A stretch of 64,000 nt of DNA from the NCBI GenBank assembly GCA_036918135.1, contig JBALDB010000011.1, positions 128,001 to 192,000 of the forward strand. Direction: 5' to 3'. A model generated the notes under the pieces. The model was not told the origin of the DNA, ran no database searches, and saw only the letters and a program-made list of their open reading frames with translations. Numbering within the stretch: position 1 is the stretch's first letter; every line of letters begins with the position of its first letter. This document shows positions 9,296 through 20,011 of this stretch, piece after piece. Source of the stretch: Nostoc sp. (GTDB taxonomy: Bacteria > Cyanobacteriota > Cyanobacteriia > Cyanobacteriales > Nostocaceae). A program made the translations under genes and the position numbers.

Positions 9296-9556
9296 ATGAC
9301 AGATATAAAAAATTTATCAAAAATCATTGCTACTAAAGGTAACAAGCCGCTGATTATATCAATAGTGAATTCACAGATACAAGAAGATGCAGAACTTGAG
9401 CGCCAGCTACGAGAACTCAAGTTTAAACAAGAACTTAGGAAAGATTGGATTTTATTTATTGTTAGGGATGTAGTATTTTTTTCTACTACGATTATTTTTA
9501 TTTTTGCTGTTAGCAGTTATTCGCTTTTTACCCAGATTACAGCTAGTTTTAGGTAA
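9296..9556 (+). CDS. Small hypothetical membrane protein
   Basis: Starts 5 bp after the previous ORF; C-terminal hydrophobic helix. Confidence 0.55.
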   Translation: MTDIKNLSKIIATKGNKPLIISIVNSQIQEDAELERQLRELKFKQELRKDWILFIVRDVVFFSTTIIFIFAVSSYSLFTQITASFR

Positions 9557-9778
9557 ACGAACTACATTAGGTTTCATCTTTACCTACAAATTAGATTCTC
9601 AGTAAAGTTGCGTAATTAATTTTACAGACGACGAAGCCAACTTGCTACAAGTAAACTCATTGTCATATCCAGAAAAACTTTGCTGGATATAACAACTATT
9701 TGGATTGGTAAATTTGCTGAGATAAATGCCATCAAAATAGTTGAAATTCTTTTGTGCAAGTTTTATGGATTGAAATTT

Positions 9779-10375
9779 ATGAGTACTATTGGAGTTTTCA
9801 TATTTTCTGTAGCTTTAGTTGCCATTGTTGCTCTGATTCTAATTAATGGCTACAACGATTTAGTAAAGTATCGCAATCGCTACAAAAATGCTTACTCTCA
9901 AATCGATGTTCAGTTACAGCGCCGCTATGATTTAATTCCTAATTTGGTGGAAACTGCCAAGGGATATATGAAACATGAGCGAGAAACTTTAGAAGCTGTG
10001 ATTGCAGCTCGAAATTCTGCGATTGATGCTAACAGTCGCGCCGTACAAAATCCTGGCGATCCCCAAGCGATGCAACAATTGGGTAATGCAGAAGCAGCGC
10101 TGACGGGTGCGTTAAGTCGCTTGATGGTACTTTCAGAATCTTATCCAGAATTGAAAGCCGATCGCACTATGAGTCAAGTGATGGAAGAACTATCTTCTAC
10201 TGAAAACCGGATTGCTTTCGCCCGTCAAGCTTTTAATGATGCGGTGACACTTTACAATACCAAAAGTGAATCTTTTCCCAGCAACCTTGTAGCAAATACT
10301 TTTAATTTTACTGTTGCAGAATTGCTTCTTGAAGCAACTCCGGAAGTGAGAAATGCTCCCCGCGTGTCTTTTTAG
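9779..10375 (+). CDS. lemA: LemA family protein
   Basis: N-terminal TM; IDVQLQRRYDLIPNLVET, YPELKA and ENRIAFARQAFN motifs. ATG 9779 preferred over TTG 9680. Confidence 0.93.
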   Translation: MSTIGVFIFSVALVAIVALILINGYNDLVKYRNRYKNAYSQIDVQLQRRYDLIPNLVETAKGYMKHERETLEAVIAARNSAIDANSRAVQNPGDPQAMQQLGNAEAALTGALSRLMVLSESYPELKADRTMSQVMEELSSTENRIAFARQAFNDAVTLYNTKSESFPSNLVANTFNFTVAELLLEATPEVRNAPRVSF

Positions 10376-10381
10376 GTGTCT

Positions 10382-12280
10382 ATGAATTTCTTTGAACATC
10401 AGGATCGGGCACGCCAAAATACGCAACAATTAATCGGGCTGTTTTCTTTATCCATCGCAGTCATGATTGTGGCGATTTACATTGCTACTTTATTTCTGTT
10501 TCGCATGGCTCCTCGTATTTGGTGGCATTCAGGATTATTTCTCTATGTGGCGGGAATTACAATAATTGCGATCGCTTTAGGAAGTCTTTATAAAATTGCC
10601 TATCTCCGTGAAGGAGGAAGTGTAATTGCCCAGGAGTTGGGCGGGAGACTCCTACTACCAGAAACCGCCGACGAACAAGGACGACAATTATTAAATATTG
10701 TAGAGGAAATGGCGATCGCTTCTGGTATTTCTGTGCCAGAAGTTTATCTTCTCGACAGAGAAACCAGCATTAATGCTTTTGCTGCAGGGTTTACGCCCAA
10801 TGATGCTGTAATTGGAGTTACCCGTGGAACTTTACAGCACCTGAACCGGGACGAACTACAAGGAGTCATCGGCCATGAATTCAGTCATATTCTCAATGGT
10901 GATATGGGGCTGAATTTGCGTTTAGTAGGATTGCTGCATGGGATTTTGTTCATTTTTTTAACTGGCGAGTTATTGTTGCGGCTTCGTGCTGGTTCCCGCG
11001 AAGATAAGGGTTTGCCTTTATGGGCTTTTGGTTTAGCACTGATGGCAATTGGCGGTATCGGCTTATTTTGCGGACGTTTGATTAAAGCCGCAGTTTCTCG
11101 CCAACGAGAATTTCTTGCTGATGCCTCAGCTGTACAGTTCACTCGCAACCCCAATGGACTTACTGGAGTCTTCCAAAAACTCCAACAGATGGATTCACGT
11201 TTGATTTCGCCGGGTGCAGAAGCCGCCAGTCACATGTTTTTTGGCAATGCGCTCAATCCTTATTTTTGGGACAGCATGTTTTCTACCCACCCACCTTTAG
11301 CAGAACGTATCCGCCGCATTGGGGGTGTGAACGTTAGTAATTTACGTCCTATCCGCAATCACACCCGTTCCCAGAAGTCTCTAACAATGGGCTTTGCTAG
11401 TGCTGCCAACGCCACCCCAGAACAAGTAGTCAATCAAGTGGGAACCGTTGCACCAGAGCATTTTGCCCACGCTCAAGCACTGTTGTCGCAGTTGCCAGAA
11501 TCCCTACGCTTGGCTGTGCGACAGCAGGAAAGTGCAATGGCGATCGCTTTTGCGCTAGCGTTAGATACGGAAAATAGCGAAATCCAAAAACGTCAAATTG
11601 CTTGGTTAGGCGAAGTGCAGCCTGGTGATTTAGTAGAAAAAACCCTGGAATTGAGTAGCGAAATTAGCCAGTTAGATCCCAGCATTCGCTTACCACTTGT
11701 AGATTTGACAGTACCCGCATTGCGTCAAAATTCCCCTAAAGAATGCCAAAGGCTCTGCAAATGCGTCCACGGTTTAGTGAAAGCCAAGGGCAGTTTATCA
11801 CTGTGGGATTTTGTGTTGCAGTTAATACTATGGCATCGTCTCCAACCTTGTATCAATCCTACAGCGGTGACAACTGTAGAATTCACCACCATCGAACAGA
11901 TTTGGCCAGATAGCATATTAATACTATCGGCACTCGCACGCCTTGGCCATTCCCAACCCGATGCCATCGCCTATGCTTTTCGTTCTGGAGTTTTTCGACT
12001 TCCCAAAGCCGGAGAACAAGAAAAACCAGACACACCAGTTGCTTGTAATTTTTCTGATATTAAGAAAAGTATCGAACGCCTTCAGCTTGCCAGTCCCAAA
12101 CTCAAGCAAGCTATTATTGATGCCTGTGCCCACACAGTACTCTTGGATAACAAAGTTACTCCAACAGAAGCAGATTTATTAAGAGCGATCGCCATCACAT
12201 TAGACTGTCCCATCCCGCCATTTTTAAATCCTCAACGTGGCGTTTCAAAACAGAAACAATCTTCTCCAAAGGTTAGTTAA
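10382..12280 (+). CDS. M48 family (HtpX-like) membrane metallopeptidase with C-terminal extension
   Basis: INAFAAG, HEFSH zinc motif, SRQREFLADA, THPPL; directly follows lemA. Confidence 0.9.
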   Translation: MNFFEHQDRARQNTQQLIGLFSLSIAVMIVAIYIATLFLFRMAPRIWWHSGLFLYVAGITIIAIALGSLYKIAYLREGGSVIAQELGGRLLLPETADEQGRQLLNIVEEMAIASGISVPEVYLLDRETSINAFAAGFTPNDAVIGVTRGTLQHLNRDELQGVIGHEFSHILNGDMGLNLRLVGLLHGILFIFLTGELLLRLRAGSREDKGLPLWAFGLALMAIGGIGLFCGRLIKAAVSRQREFLADASAVQFTRNPNGLTGVFQKLQQMDSRLISPGAEAASHMFFGNALNPYFWDSMFSTHPPLAERIRRIGGVNVSNLRPIRNHTRSQKSLTMGFASAANATPEQVVNQVGTVAPEHFAHAQALLSQLPESLRLAVRQQESAMAIAFALALDTENSEIQKRQIAWLGEVQPGDLVEKTLELSSEISQLDPSIRLPLVDLTVPALRQNSPKECQRLCKCVHGLVKAKGSLSLWDFVLQLILWHRLQPCINPTAVTTVEFTTIEQIWPDSILILSALARLGHSQPDAIAYAFRSGVFRLPKAGEQEKPDTPVACNFSDIKKSIERLQLASPKLKQAIIDACAHTVLLDNKVTPTEADLLRAIAITLDCPIPPFLNPQRGVSKQKQSSPKVS

Positions 12281-12431
12281 AGCACAATTTATTTCTTTAG
12301 TTATCTGCTAAAAGAGTATCATATTGTACAATAAAATCCTGAGTTATCTATAAGTATTAATTTACTTAAAAACTTTGGACAAAATACCTATTTATTTAGC
12401 ATTTTAGAAATTTGATTGCTATAGTAGATCT

Positions 12432-12509
12432 CAGCGCTTTTCAGGTAATTGAACTACACTACTCCCCATTACCTCTGTTATTTGTGGTTTAAATACCTGA
12501 AAACTGCTG
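12432..12509. mobile_element. Short TIR-bounded element
   Basis: cagcgcttttcaggta...tacctgaaaactgctg. Confidence 0.45.
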
Positions 12510-12540
12510 TAAATAACTATTCGGCAAGGATTTTAAAACT

Positions 12541-13260
12541 GTGCGGGATGATTTACAGGACTTGGAAATTAGTCAGAATGAACTGCAAAAGCTGACAAGT
12601 TTACCTGTCAATGAAAAACTTTTAATTATTACTAATATTTTCCTAAAGTTCGGAAAGATATATATACAAAAAATTAAGGGTTCCGAAGGAGCAACAGTCA
12701 TCTTTATTGGATTTTCTACATTTATTTTTAGCTATATTTTACTAGATTTAGTTTTGAAGATATTTGTTTCGTGGCTAACAATTCCATCCTGGATATTCTT
12801 GATTATCTTAGGTTTTTGGTTTGGCGGAATGACGCAAACTATCTTATATATGTTATGGAAAAGTAGAAATAAATTTGTCAAATTAAATATGACTAATTCT
12901 CTAAAAATTTTGTTAAATGATGTTAATAGATATAATGCTGTTATTAGAGCAATAGATATTAATGACCAAATAGAAGAAGCCGGTAATCCAGAAGTGGTTA
13001 TAAAGGAAAGAGAAAGTGTGGTTGCAGCGCTTAAACTCACAAAGGCTGACCTTGTTCGCGCTTTGAAGACGGAAAGGATTTTGAGGGAGAATAAGAACTT
13101 TATCCTCAGTAATACAGAACTATTTGCTAACAATTTAGCAACCTTAGCAGCGATGCAAGTACACGAACAGGCTACGGAGCATGGAAGATTACTCAATGAA
13201 GCATTACAAATTGCACTCGACGTACAGCACGAAATGAAAAAATTACAGAGTCAGCGTTAA
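12541..13260 (+). CDS. Hypothetical membrane protein (2 TM plus helical C-terminus)
   Basis: 239-aa ORF, GTG start after AAGGA. Confidence 0.75.
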   Translation: MRDDLQDLEISQNELQKLTSLPVNEKLLIITNIFLKFGKIYIQKIKGSEGATVIFIGFSTFIFSYILLDLVLKIFVSWLTIPSWIFLIILGFWFGGMTQTILYMLWKSRNKFVKLNMTNSLKILLNDVNRYNAVIRAIDINDQIEEAGNPEVVIKERESVVAALKLTKADLVRALKTERILRENKNFILSNTELFANNLATLAAMQVHEQATEHGRLLNEALQIALDVQHEMKKLQSQR

Positions 13261-13412
13261 AAACAAGCTAGTAGGGTGTGTTACTACTAAGAGTAGGAGA
13301 CGCTGTTGCGGGCTAAAGCGCAAATATGCTTAATGGCTTTTCCATAATCCTTCCCAGGACTGCGATCCCCGGTCTAACATAAATAATATTAATGAAGCGA
13401 TCGCTTATCCAC

Positions 13413-14180
13413 ATGGACTGGAAAGAAGTTAGAGGTAACTGGGTAATCATCCCCCAAAATCCCATAGGTATCATCCATTTTTTAGGAGGTGCTTTCGTCG
13501 CGACTGCACCCCACCTGACTTATCGCTGGCTATTAGAACAACTGGCAAGTAAAGGTTACGTTGTAATTGCTACACCTTTCGTCAATACCTTGGATCATAC
13601 TGCGATCGCCAAATCCGTGCTGCTCGACTTTGACCGCACTCTCGAACGCCTACATGATTCTGGGGCATTACGCAAGCTTTACTTCCCAATTTACGGCATT
13701 GGACACAGTATGGGCTGTAAACTTCATTTATTAATTGGTAGCCTCTTTAAAGTTGAACGTGCAGGTAATATTTTAATATCCTTCAACAACTACGCTGCTA
13801 AAGAAGCTATTCCTCTAGTAGAACAATTCAATTATACTTTTGCGATCGAGTTTACCCCCTCGCCATTAGAAACTAATAGACTTGTCCAAGAGCAATACAA
13901 TATCCGGCGTAATTTATTAATAAAATTTAGCAATGATACCATTGACCAATCGGCAGCTTTAAGCAAAATCTTGCAAGAACGCTTTGCTGAGATGGTGACA
14001 GCACAAACTTTAACAGGAACTCACACAACGCCTCTAGGGCAAGACATCAAATGGCAAACTGGAGTATCTTTCACTCCCTTTGATGCTTTAGGGCAATGGT
14101 TTAAGCAAGAAGCATACCGTGACTTAAATCAGCTAAAAAACACTATTCTCTTGTGGCTGAATCCGCTTGCACCTCCATAA
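13413..14180 (+). CDS. DUF1350 family alpha/beta hydrolase-like protein
   Basis: HFLGGAF and GHSMG motifs. Start at 13413 or 13392. Confidence 0.85.
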   Translation: MDWKEVRGNWVIIPQNPIGIIHFLGGAFVATAPHLTYRWLLEQLASKGYVVIATPFVNTLDHTAIAKSVLLDFDRTLERLHDSGALRKLYFPIYGIGHSMGCKLHLLIGSLFKVERAGNILISFNNYAAKEAIPLVEQFNYTFAIEFTPSPLETNRLVQEQYNIRRNLLIKFSNDTIDQSAALSKILQERFAEMVTAQTLTGTHTTPLGQDIKWQTGVSFTPFDALGQWFKQEAYRDLNQLKNTILLWLNPLAPP

Positions 14181-14225
14181 TCTTTTGTGAGTGTCAAAAA
14201 GTTATGAATTCGACGGATAACTCAA

Positions 14226-14267
14226 AATATGTTAGTAGTATTAGTGTAATAATACTACTAACATATT
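14226..14267. terminator. Perfect 18-bp AT-rich stem-loop downstream of the DUF1350 gene
   Basis: aatatgttagtagtatta-gtgtaa-taatactactaacatatt. Confidence 0.5.
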
Positions 14268-14483
14268 ATTTAATTTTTCTCATAATATTACCTATCTTTT
14301 AATTTACGTTTTTAGCGATGGCAGTCGCGGATTTTAGAGAATAAAAACACCGTAGTGCCTGTTTTTTAGAGTCAGTTAAAAAATCTAGGTATTCTTTGAG
14401 TTTAAAGAAAGTACTCTATATTATATTTTATTTTTCTATATTTATAGTAAACAAATTATTAATTAGTAGTTTCTGTAAATTCT

Positions 14484-15620
14484 ATGTATCAAATACTAAT
14501 AATTGATGACGACTATTCAATAAAAATACTCCTAAAAAGGATGTTGGAAAAACAGGGGTATGAGGTAATTGCTGCTAGTAGTGGCGAGGAAGGAATAGAA
14601 AAAGCGCTGGCTCACCATCCAGCACTGATTATTTGTGATTGGATTATGCCAGGGTTGAATGGTTTGGAAGTCTGTCACCGCATTAAAACAGACCCAAAAT
14701 TCTCCACTACATTCTTTATTTTATTAACATCCTTAGATTCCGTTGCCGATTGCGTTAAAGGACTAGATGCTGGTGCTGATGATTTTATCTCCAAACCTAT
14801 TGAGCATAATGAATTACAAGCACGGGTAAGAGCAGGATTACGCCTGCATCAATTGAGTAGAGATTTACAGACTCAAAAATTGCTTTTAGAATCAGAAATG
14901 TCAGAAGCCGCAGAATATGTGCGATCGCTCCTGCCTTTCCCGATGATTGAACCCTTAAACATTAATTTTCGATTCATTCCCTCAAGACAACTTGGTGGTG
15001 ACTGTTTCGATTATTACTGGCTTGATACTAATTATTTGGCAATTTATTTGTTAGATACTGCTGGACACGGACTTAAAGCTACTCTTCCTTCTGTTTCAGT
15101 GATGAATTTGCTTCGTTCCCGGGCCCTCAAAAGTCTGAATTACTATCAACCGAGTGATGTCTTAAAAGCTTTGAATGATACTTTTCAGATGAATTATCAA
15201 AACGACAAATACTTTACGATCTGGTACGGAGTTTATAACCGACTCAATCGCCAGTTAATTTATGCTAGCGCAGGTCATCCACCAGCTATTTTAATCACCG
15301 GCGCATCTCCCAGAAAAGCTGAAGTTAAGCTTTTGAAAACTCCCGGTATGCCAGTTGGAATGTTTCCAGAAGCAAAATATATTGATGGGTTTTGCAATGT
15401 TGAAAAATTCAGTAGTCTTTATATTTTTAGTGATGGTGCTTATGAAATCGCTAAATCAGATGGTACACTTTGGAGTTTAGATGCTTTTATTCAGCTACTA
15501 GTTAGCTTACAAAATTCTGTTGACAGCCAACTCGAACAGGTACTAAGTTATTTAATAGCCCTCAACTCCAAAGATGGTTTTGATGATGATTTATCTATAT
15601 TACAAATGAAATTTGATTAA
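14484..15620 (+). CDS. Response regulator receiver fused to a SpoIIE/PP2C phosphatase
   Basis: IIDDD, CDWIMPG, KP receiver motifs; GGDCFDY, DTAGHG, SAGHPP, SDG and DDLS phosphatase motifs. Confidence 0.93.
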   Translation: MYQILIIDDDYSIKILLKRMLEKQGYEVIAASSGEEGIEKALAHHPALIICDWIMPGLNGLEVCHRIKTDPKFSTTFFILLTSLDSVADCVKGLDAGADDFISKPIEHNELQARVRAGLRLHQLSRDLQTQKLLLESEMSEAAEYVRSLLPFPMIEPLNINFRFIPSRQLGGDCFDYYWLDTNYLAIYLLDTAGHGLKATLPSVSVMNLLRSRALKSLNYYQPSDVLKALNDTFQMNYQNDKYFTIWYGVYNRLNRQLIYASAGHPPAILITGASPRKAEVKLLKTPGMPVGMFPEAKYIDGFCNVEKFSSLYIFSDGAYEIAKSDGTLWSLDAFIQLLVSLQNSVDSQLEQVLSYLIALNSKDGFDDDLSILQMKFD

Positions 15621-15947
15621 TCAAGTTTTGGAGAGTAAAATCCGATTAAATGCTTCTTGGCTGGGAAATATTTCAAATATTTTATCCATATTAGTCAGCT
15701 CAAATAATATTCTAACTTGCTCATTAATAGAACAAATAACAAGTTGAATATCTGCCGCCCTCAATGTTTTGAAAGCTAATACTAAAGCTCCTAAACCTGA
15801 ACTATCCATAAAAGTTACATCTTGAAAATCAAGTAAGACAATTTTGACACCAAGCTCAAGAATTTTAGTAATACTTTGTCTAAATTCTTGTGAAGTTGTG
15901 GCGTTGAGATTTCCACTAAGTTTAATAACTTTGACTTGCTCTTTCAT
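15621..15947 (-). CDS. STAS domain anti-sigma-factor antagonist
   Basis: VTFMDSSGLGAL motif. Confidence 0.92.
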   Translation of the reverse strand: MKEQVKVIKLSGNLNATTSQEFRQSITKILELGVKIVLLDFQDVTFMDSSGLGALVLAFKTLRAADIQLVICSINEQVRILFELTNMDKIFEIFPSQEAFNRILLSKT

Positions 15948-16184
15948 AATTATTTCATGCTGAGTTGTGTAAATGTTGTTCTGATTTTGCTATTATATAC
16001 CGTTAAAATAAAATTTTAAAATGCTGAAAATAGAATTCTATTTCGTTCGATTGTTCATTATTTGGAATTCATAGCTCAGACTTCGATAAATATTTACTAT
16101 TGATTCTTGATTAATGAAAAGCTACGCTCGCTTTTGTAATTTATCAAACAATATTATCAAAATTATTTAAATTAACATCATTTA

Positions 16185-16286
16185 TATAGCAATCCTATTT
16201 GAGTTATGAAATTAGCAATGGAGGCAGGTAAGAGAAAATAAGCACTCCGATCAAAGATTTTTCATCAATGATTTAAGATTGCTATA
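16185..16286. mobile_element. TATAGCA-bounded MITE-like element
   Basis: tatagcaatc...gattgctata; the same ends occur at 29813-29999. Confidence 0.55.
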
Positions 16287-16557
16287 ATTAAGATAATTAT
16301 ACAATAAATATATCTCATTAATTGTTGAGTTATTTTATACAACTTCTGTTTATCTTTTTAAAAAATAACAATTGTTTAATATTGTTTATTATCTTTAGGC
16401 TACCTATAAAGATAGCTTTATATATAAAATAATATCTATTTATGTATGTTTATATACTTAAACTATAAAGTTTATTAATTAAATCTTAAAGTTTTAGTTA
16501 AAGCTCTACTAAAGTGGAACCTATTAATTAAATCTTTTCAAGTATCTAGTTAATTAT

Positions 16558-18051
16558 TTAGTTTTGAATTAGAGGAATAGTAATCATAAATTCAGCCCCG
16601 CTTCCTAGCTGCGAAATACATTCCAACCTACCACCATGTTTTTGTGAAATAATTTGATAGCTAATAGACAACCCCATACCAGTACCTTTACCAATAGGCT
16701 TAGTACTAAAGAAGGGATCAAAAAGTCGCTGTTTCACTTCTTTCGGTATTCCTAATCCATTATCAGCAATACTAATCATTACTTGATTTGGTTCTAGTAG
16801 TTGAGTACGAATCCGAATCTGGGGAGAAGTCATTTGTCCTTGGTTACTTGTCATTTTTGATTCCTTTGATGCTAAAATGACAAATGACTCTTCAATTGCA
16901 TCAATCGCATTTACTAAAATATTCATAAATACCTGATTTAGTTGCCCAGCATAACACTCTACCAAAGGTAAGTTATCGTATTCTTTAATAACTTGAATGG
17001 CAGGGCGGTCAGGTCTATCCTTAATACGATGTTCTAGAATCATTAGAGTACTATCGATTCCCTGATGAATATCTACCTCTTTCATATCAGCTTCATCCAT
17101 GCGGGAGAAATTGCGTAAAGATAAAACAATCTCTCGAATTCGCTGTGCCCCAATTTGCATCGAGTTGAGCAGTTTAGGCAAGTCTTGGATCGCAAACTCT
17201 AGGTCTATCTCTGCTGCTAATTCTTCAAGTTGAAGTATTGGATGAGGATACAGTTGTTGGTAGAGTTGTACAAATCGTATTAAGTCTTGGATGTAATCGT
17301 TAGCGTGAGTGAGATTCCCGTAAATGAAGTTAACAGGATTATTGATTTCATGGGCAACACCTGCCACCAATTGTCCTAAACTAGACATCTTCTCACTTTG
17401 GACAAGCTGCATTTGAGTTTGCTGGAGTTCATTGAGGGCTTTTTCTAAGTCTTGTGCCTGCTGCTTTAACTGAGTTTCTGCCCGGATACGCTCAGTGATC
17501 TGAAGTGTTGTTCCTACCAATCGATAAATTCTACCTTCACTGTCTTTGAGTGGATTAATCGTAGTTAGCGACCAAGTTTCTTCACCTTGAAAAGTCAGAC
17601 ATTCTTCGTAGGTAATAGGTCTACCTAATTCCACACAACTTATATATCTCTGACGAACTGTTGCCCCGCCCACTGCACCAAGCACATCTTCTGGTGTTTT
17701 ACCAATTACCTCTGTACTGCTTAGACGACTAGCACGTTCTGTAGCTAGGTTCCAACCTGTGAAGCGAAAGTCACCATCTTCTTGAACATCTACTACAAAT
17801 ATCAGATGTTCAGAGCCATTATAGACAGTCTGGAGAAATTGCTCTTTCTGTTGCAGTTGGGCTTGCTGTCGTTGGTATTCGACAATCTTAGCCTGTAGTG
17901 CCTCGTTCTTTGTTAACAGTTCTTTAGTTCGCTCTTGTACCTGTCTTTCCAGTTCTGCATCAGCTTGCTGGAGTGTCTGTTGATGTCTGGCACAGTAGCT
18001 AGCTTCTGATAGCTGATTGCAGGACTCATTTATTTCGTTGTCCTTTTGCAT
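16558..18051 (-). CDS. PAS domain sensor histidine kinase
   Basis: PAS/PAC domain, H box AHEINNP, N box QVFMNILVNA, DNGLG, GTGMGL. ATG 18051 preferred. Confidence 0.92.
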   Translation of the reverse strand: MQKDNEINESCNQLSEASYCARHQQTLQQADAELERQVQERTKELLTKNEALQAKIVEYQRQQAQLQQKEQFLQTVYNGSEHLIFVVDVQEDGDFRFTGWNLATERASRLSSTEVIGKTPEDVLGAVGGATVRQRYISCVELGRPITYEECLTFQGEETWSLTTINPLKDSEGRIYRLVGTTLQITERIRAETQLKQQAQDLEKALNELQQTQMQLVQSEKMSSLGQLVAGVAHEINNPVNFIYGNLTHANDYIQDLIRFVQLYQQLYPHPILQLEELAAEIDLEFAIQDLPKLLNSMQIGAQRIREIVLSLRNFSRMDEADMKEVDIHQGIDSTLMILEHRIKDRPDRPAIQVIKEYDNLPLVECYAGQLNQVFMNILVNAIDAIEESFVILASKESKMTSNQGQMTSPQIRIRTQLLEPNQVMISIADNGLGIPKEVKQRLFDPFFSTKPIGKGTGMGLSISYQIISQKHGGRLECISQLGSGAEFMITIPLIQN

Positions 18052-18234
18052 ACCTAAGTCCTGTTCGTAACTGAAGTTTAGACGCACCTTCGCTCTCAAA
18101 GAAGTTCTTTGATAGCGAAAGTGCTGTTTTAGTATTCCCTATGTCTGTTATTTTTCAACAGACAATACTAAAAGTGAGAAGTTGTGATTTATAACTTCTT
18201 ACTCTTCCCACCCCTGCCATACTCCCAATCCTTT

Positions 18235-18888
18235 TTACACAGGACTGACTTTAGCTCTATAAAGCAGCTTGTCACCTTGAAAGTAACCAGTGTAACGCAC
18301 CTTCACTATTTCTCCAGATTGTGCGGTTCCCTCCATCAATTGGTGCAGTTGGGGATCGTAGGGTACTTCTGCTCCCACAGATGCGATCGCTTCTACTCCC
18401 CACCCTTGTAAAAGTTTTTCTAAAGGTTTGGCTACCAACGGCACTATTTTGACTGCTGCTAGCTGGGGATTTTCCTGAGCCTTTTGTGCTGCTGTCGGCC
18501 ATTGCAACAACAAAGACTCCAGCAGTTGTAAAGTTGACTGCTGGAGTTCTTGTAGTAATGTTTCTCGCTGCTGTTCTATTTGAAGTTGCAAGCGATCGTA
18601 CTCTATTTTTAAATTTGCAATTTCTTGTAATAATTCTTGATTATTTGCTGCCGTATCTTGTAATAATTCTACACTTGAAAAAGTTGTAATTAATTCACTC
18701 AATGATATCTGTAGCACTGGCGACAGCTTCAGCAGCACATCTAACCGCATCTGCTCTAGCCTTCCTTGGCGTAACCGCAAAAGTTGATGCTTAGAGACAC
18801 CAGCAGTACGACTCAGAGCTTTAAAACTAGAAATACCCACTCGCTGCATTAAATTTTGTAACTTTTGGGTGAAATCAATATTGGGCAT
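18235..18888 (-). CDS. XRE-type HTH + coiled coil + GrpE-like C-terminal domain protein
   Basis: SFKALSRTAGVS HTH; YDPQLHQ...VRYTGY...LLYRAKV GrpE-like tail. The longer ORF only extends through repeats. Confidence 0.75.
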   Translation of the reverse strand: MPNIDFTQKLQNLMQRVGISSFKALSRTAGVSKHQLLRLRQGRLEQMRLDVLLKLSPVLQISLSELITTFSSVELLQDTAANNQELLQEIANLKIEYDRLQLQIEQQRETLLQELQQSTLQLLESLLLQWPTAAQKAQENPQLAAVKIVPLVAKPLEKLLQGWGVEAIASVGAEVPYDPQLHQLMEGTAQSGEIVKVRYTGYFQGDKLLYRAKVSPV

Positions 18889-19067
18889 GGGGTATGGGAG
18901 ATTGGGAGTGTGGGAGATTGGGAGTGTGGGAGGTTTTAGAGGTGTGGGAGGATGGAGAAGAAATCTTTCCCCCCTCTCTCCCCACACTCCCCCATCCCCC
19001 TCATCTCCCTATTTCCCTTGCTCTTCCATCTTCCCATGCCCTATTCCCTATGCCCCATACCCTATTC
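18889..19067. repeat. STRR-like short tandem repeats in inverted arrangement
   Basis: gggagatt/gggagtgt repeats facing ccccatcc/ccctatt repeats. Confidence 0.8.
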
Positions 19068-19559
19068 CTATTCTTCCAGCAAACTTCTCAACATCCAAGC
19101 TGTCTTTTCGTGTACTTGCATCCGCTGAGTCAATAAATCAGCGGTAGGTTCGTCGTTAACTTCGTCCACTACGGGGAAAACAGACCGTGCAGTTCTGACT
19201 ACGGCTTCTTGTCCCTCCACTAGTAACCCGATCATTTCCACAGCTTTAGGAACTCCGGGAGTTTCTGGGATCGAACTTAATTTGGCATATTCGCTGTAGG
19301 TTCCTGGTGCAGGATAGCCAAGCGCTCTAATTCTCTCGGCAATTAAATCAACTGCTAACGCTAATTCTGTATACTGGGTCTCAAACATCAGGTGCAGCGT
19401 TTGGAACATCGGCCCAGTCACATTCCAATGGAAATTATGAGTTTTCAGATACAGTGTGTAGGTGTCAGCCAATAACCGAGATAATCCCTCGGCGATTTTT
19501 GCCCTACTCGCATCGTCAATGCCGATATTTAAGTTTTTAACTGTTACTTGTGATGACAT
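19068..19559 (-). CDS. dps: DNA starvation/stationary-phase protection protein Dps
   Basis: [21 protein letters not shown] and HEKTAWML motifs. Confidence 0.95.
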   Translation of the reverse strand: MSSQVTVKNLNIGIDDASRAKIAEGLSRLLADTYTLYLKTHNFHWNVTGPMFQTLHLMFETQYTELALAVDLIAERIRALGYPAPGTYSEYAKLSSIPETPGVPKAVEMIGLLVEGQEAVVRTARSVFPVVDEVNDEPTADLLTQRMQVHEKTAWMLRSLLEE

Positions 19560-19706
19560 AATTTTCTCCTAATTAGGTTATATGTAATTGGGGACTGGGA
19601 ATTGGAGACTAAGGATTGACCAAACAGGGCATGGGGCAAATAGTGAGTGTAGGAAGGGTACGAGGGATAGGAAGCTTTTTTATCATCTCCCGACACTCCT
19701 TAGTGT

Positions 19707-19970
19707 CTATGCCAAGTGCATCTTCAAAACGCTACGGGGTGCTTTACGGACTCTGGCTAAAACGGTTTCTTTGCCTAAACGCTGGCAAGCTTCATACCGA
19801 TGACAACCAGAAAAGCCATAATATTGTCCATCTACTTCTAAAACATCTATCGGTTCTTGCTGCCCAATCTCCGCAATCGATTCCATTAAAGCTTGTACTT
19901 TATTTGGATCGTTTACACGGGGCAACGGGCGTCTAATCTGATTTAATGGAATTTCTTGGACTTTAACCAT
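19707..19970 (-). CDS. srxA: Sulfiredoxin
   Basis: 87-aa ParB/Srx fold with the FSGCHR catalytic motif. Confidence 0.9.
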   Translation of the reverse strand: MVKVQEIPLNQIRRPLPRVNDPNKVQALMESIAEIGQQEPIDVLEVDGQYYGFSGCHRYEACQRLGKETVLARVRKAPRSVLKMHLA

Positions 19971-20011
19971 AAGGAGTTTATCGACTAGTTCTGTTTTATG
20001 CCTCTAGATAA

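Noticed and set aside
18869..19147. Plus-strand ORFs of 80-92 aa and the N-terminal extension of the 18235 ORF
   Set aside because: These are translations of STRR repeats.
19707..19970. ParB partition protein linked to the ParM locus
   Set aside because: The FSGCHR motif, 87-aa size and dps neighbour indicate sulfiredoxin.
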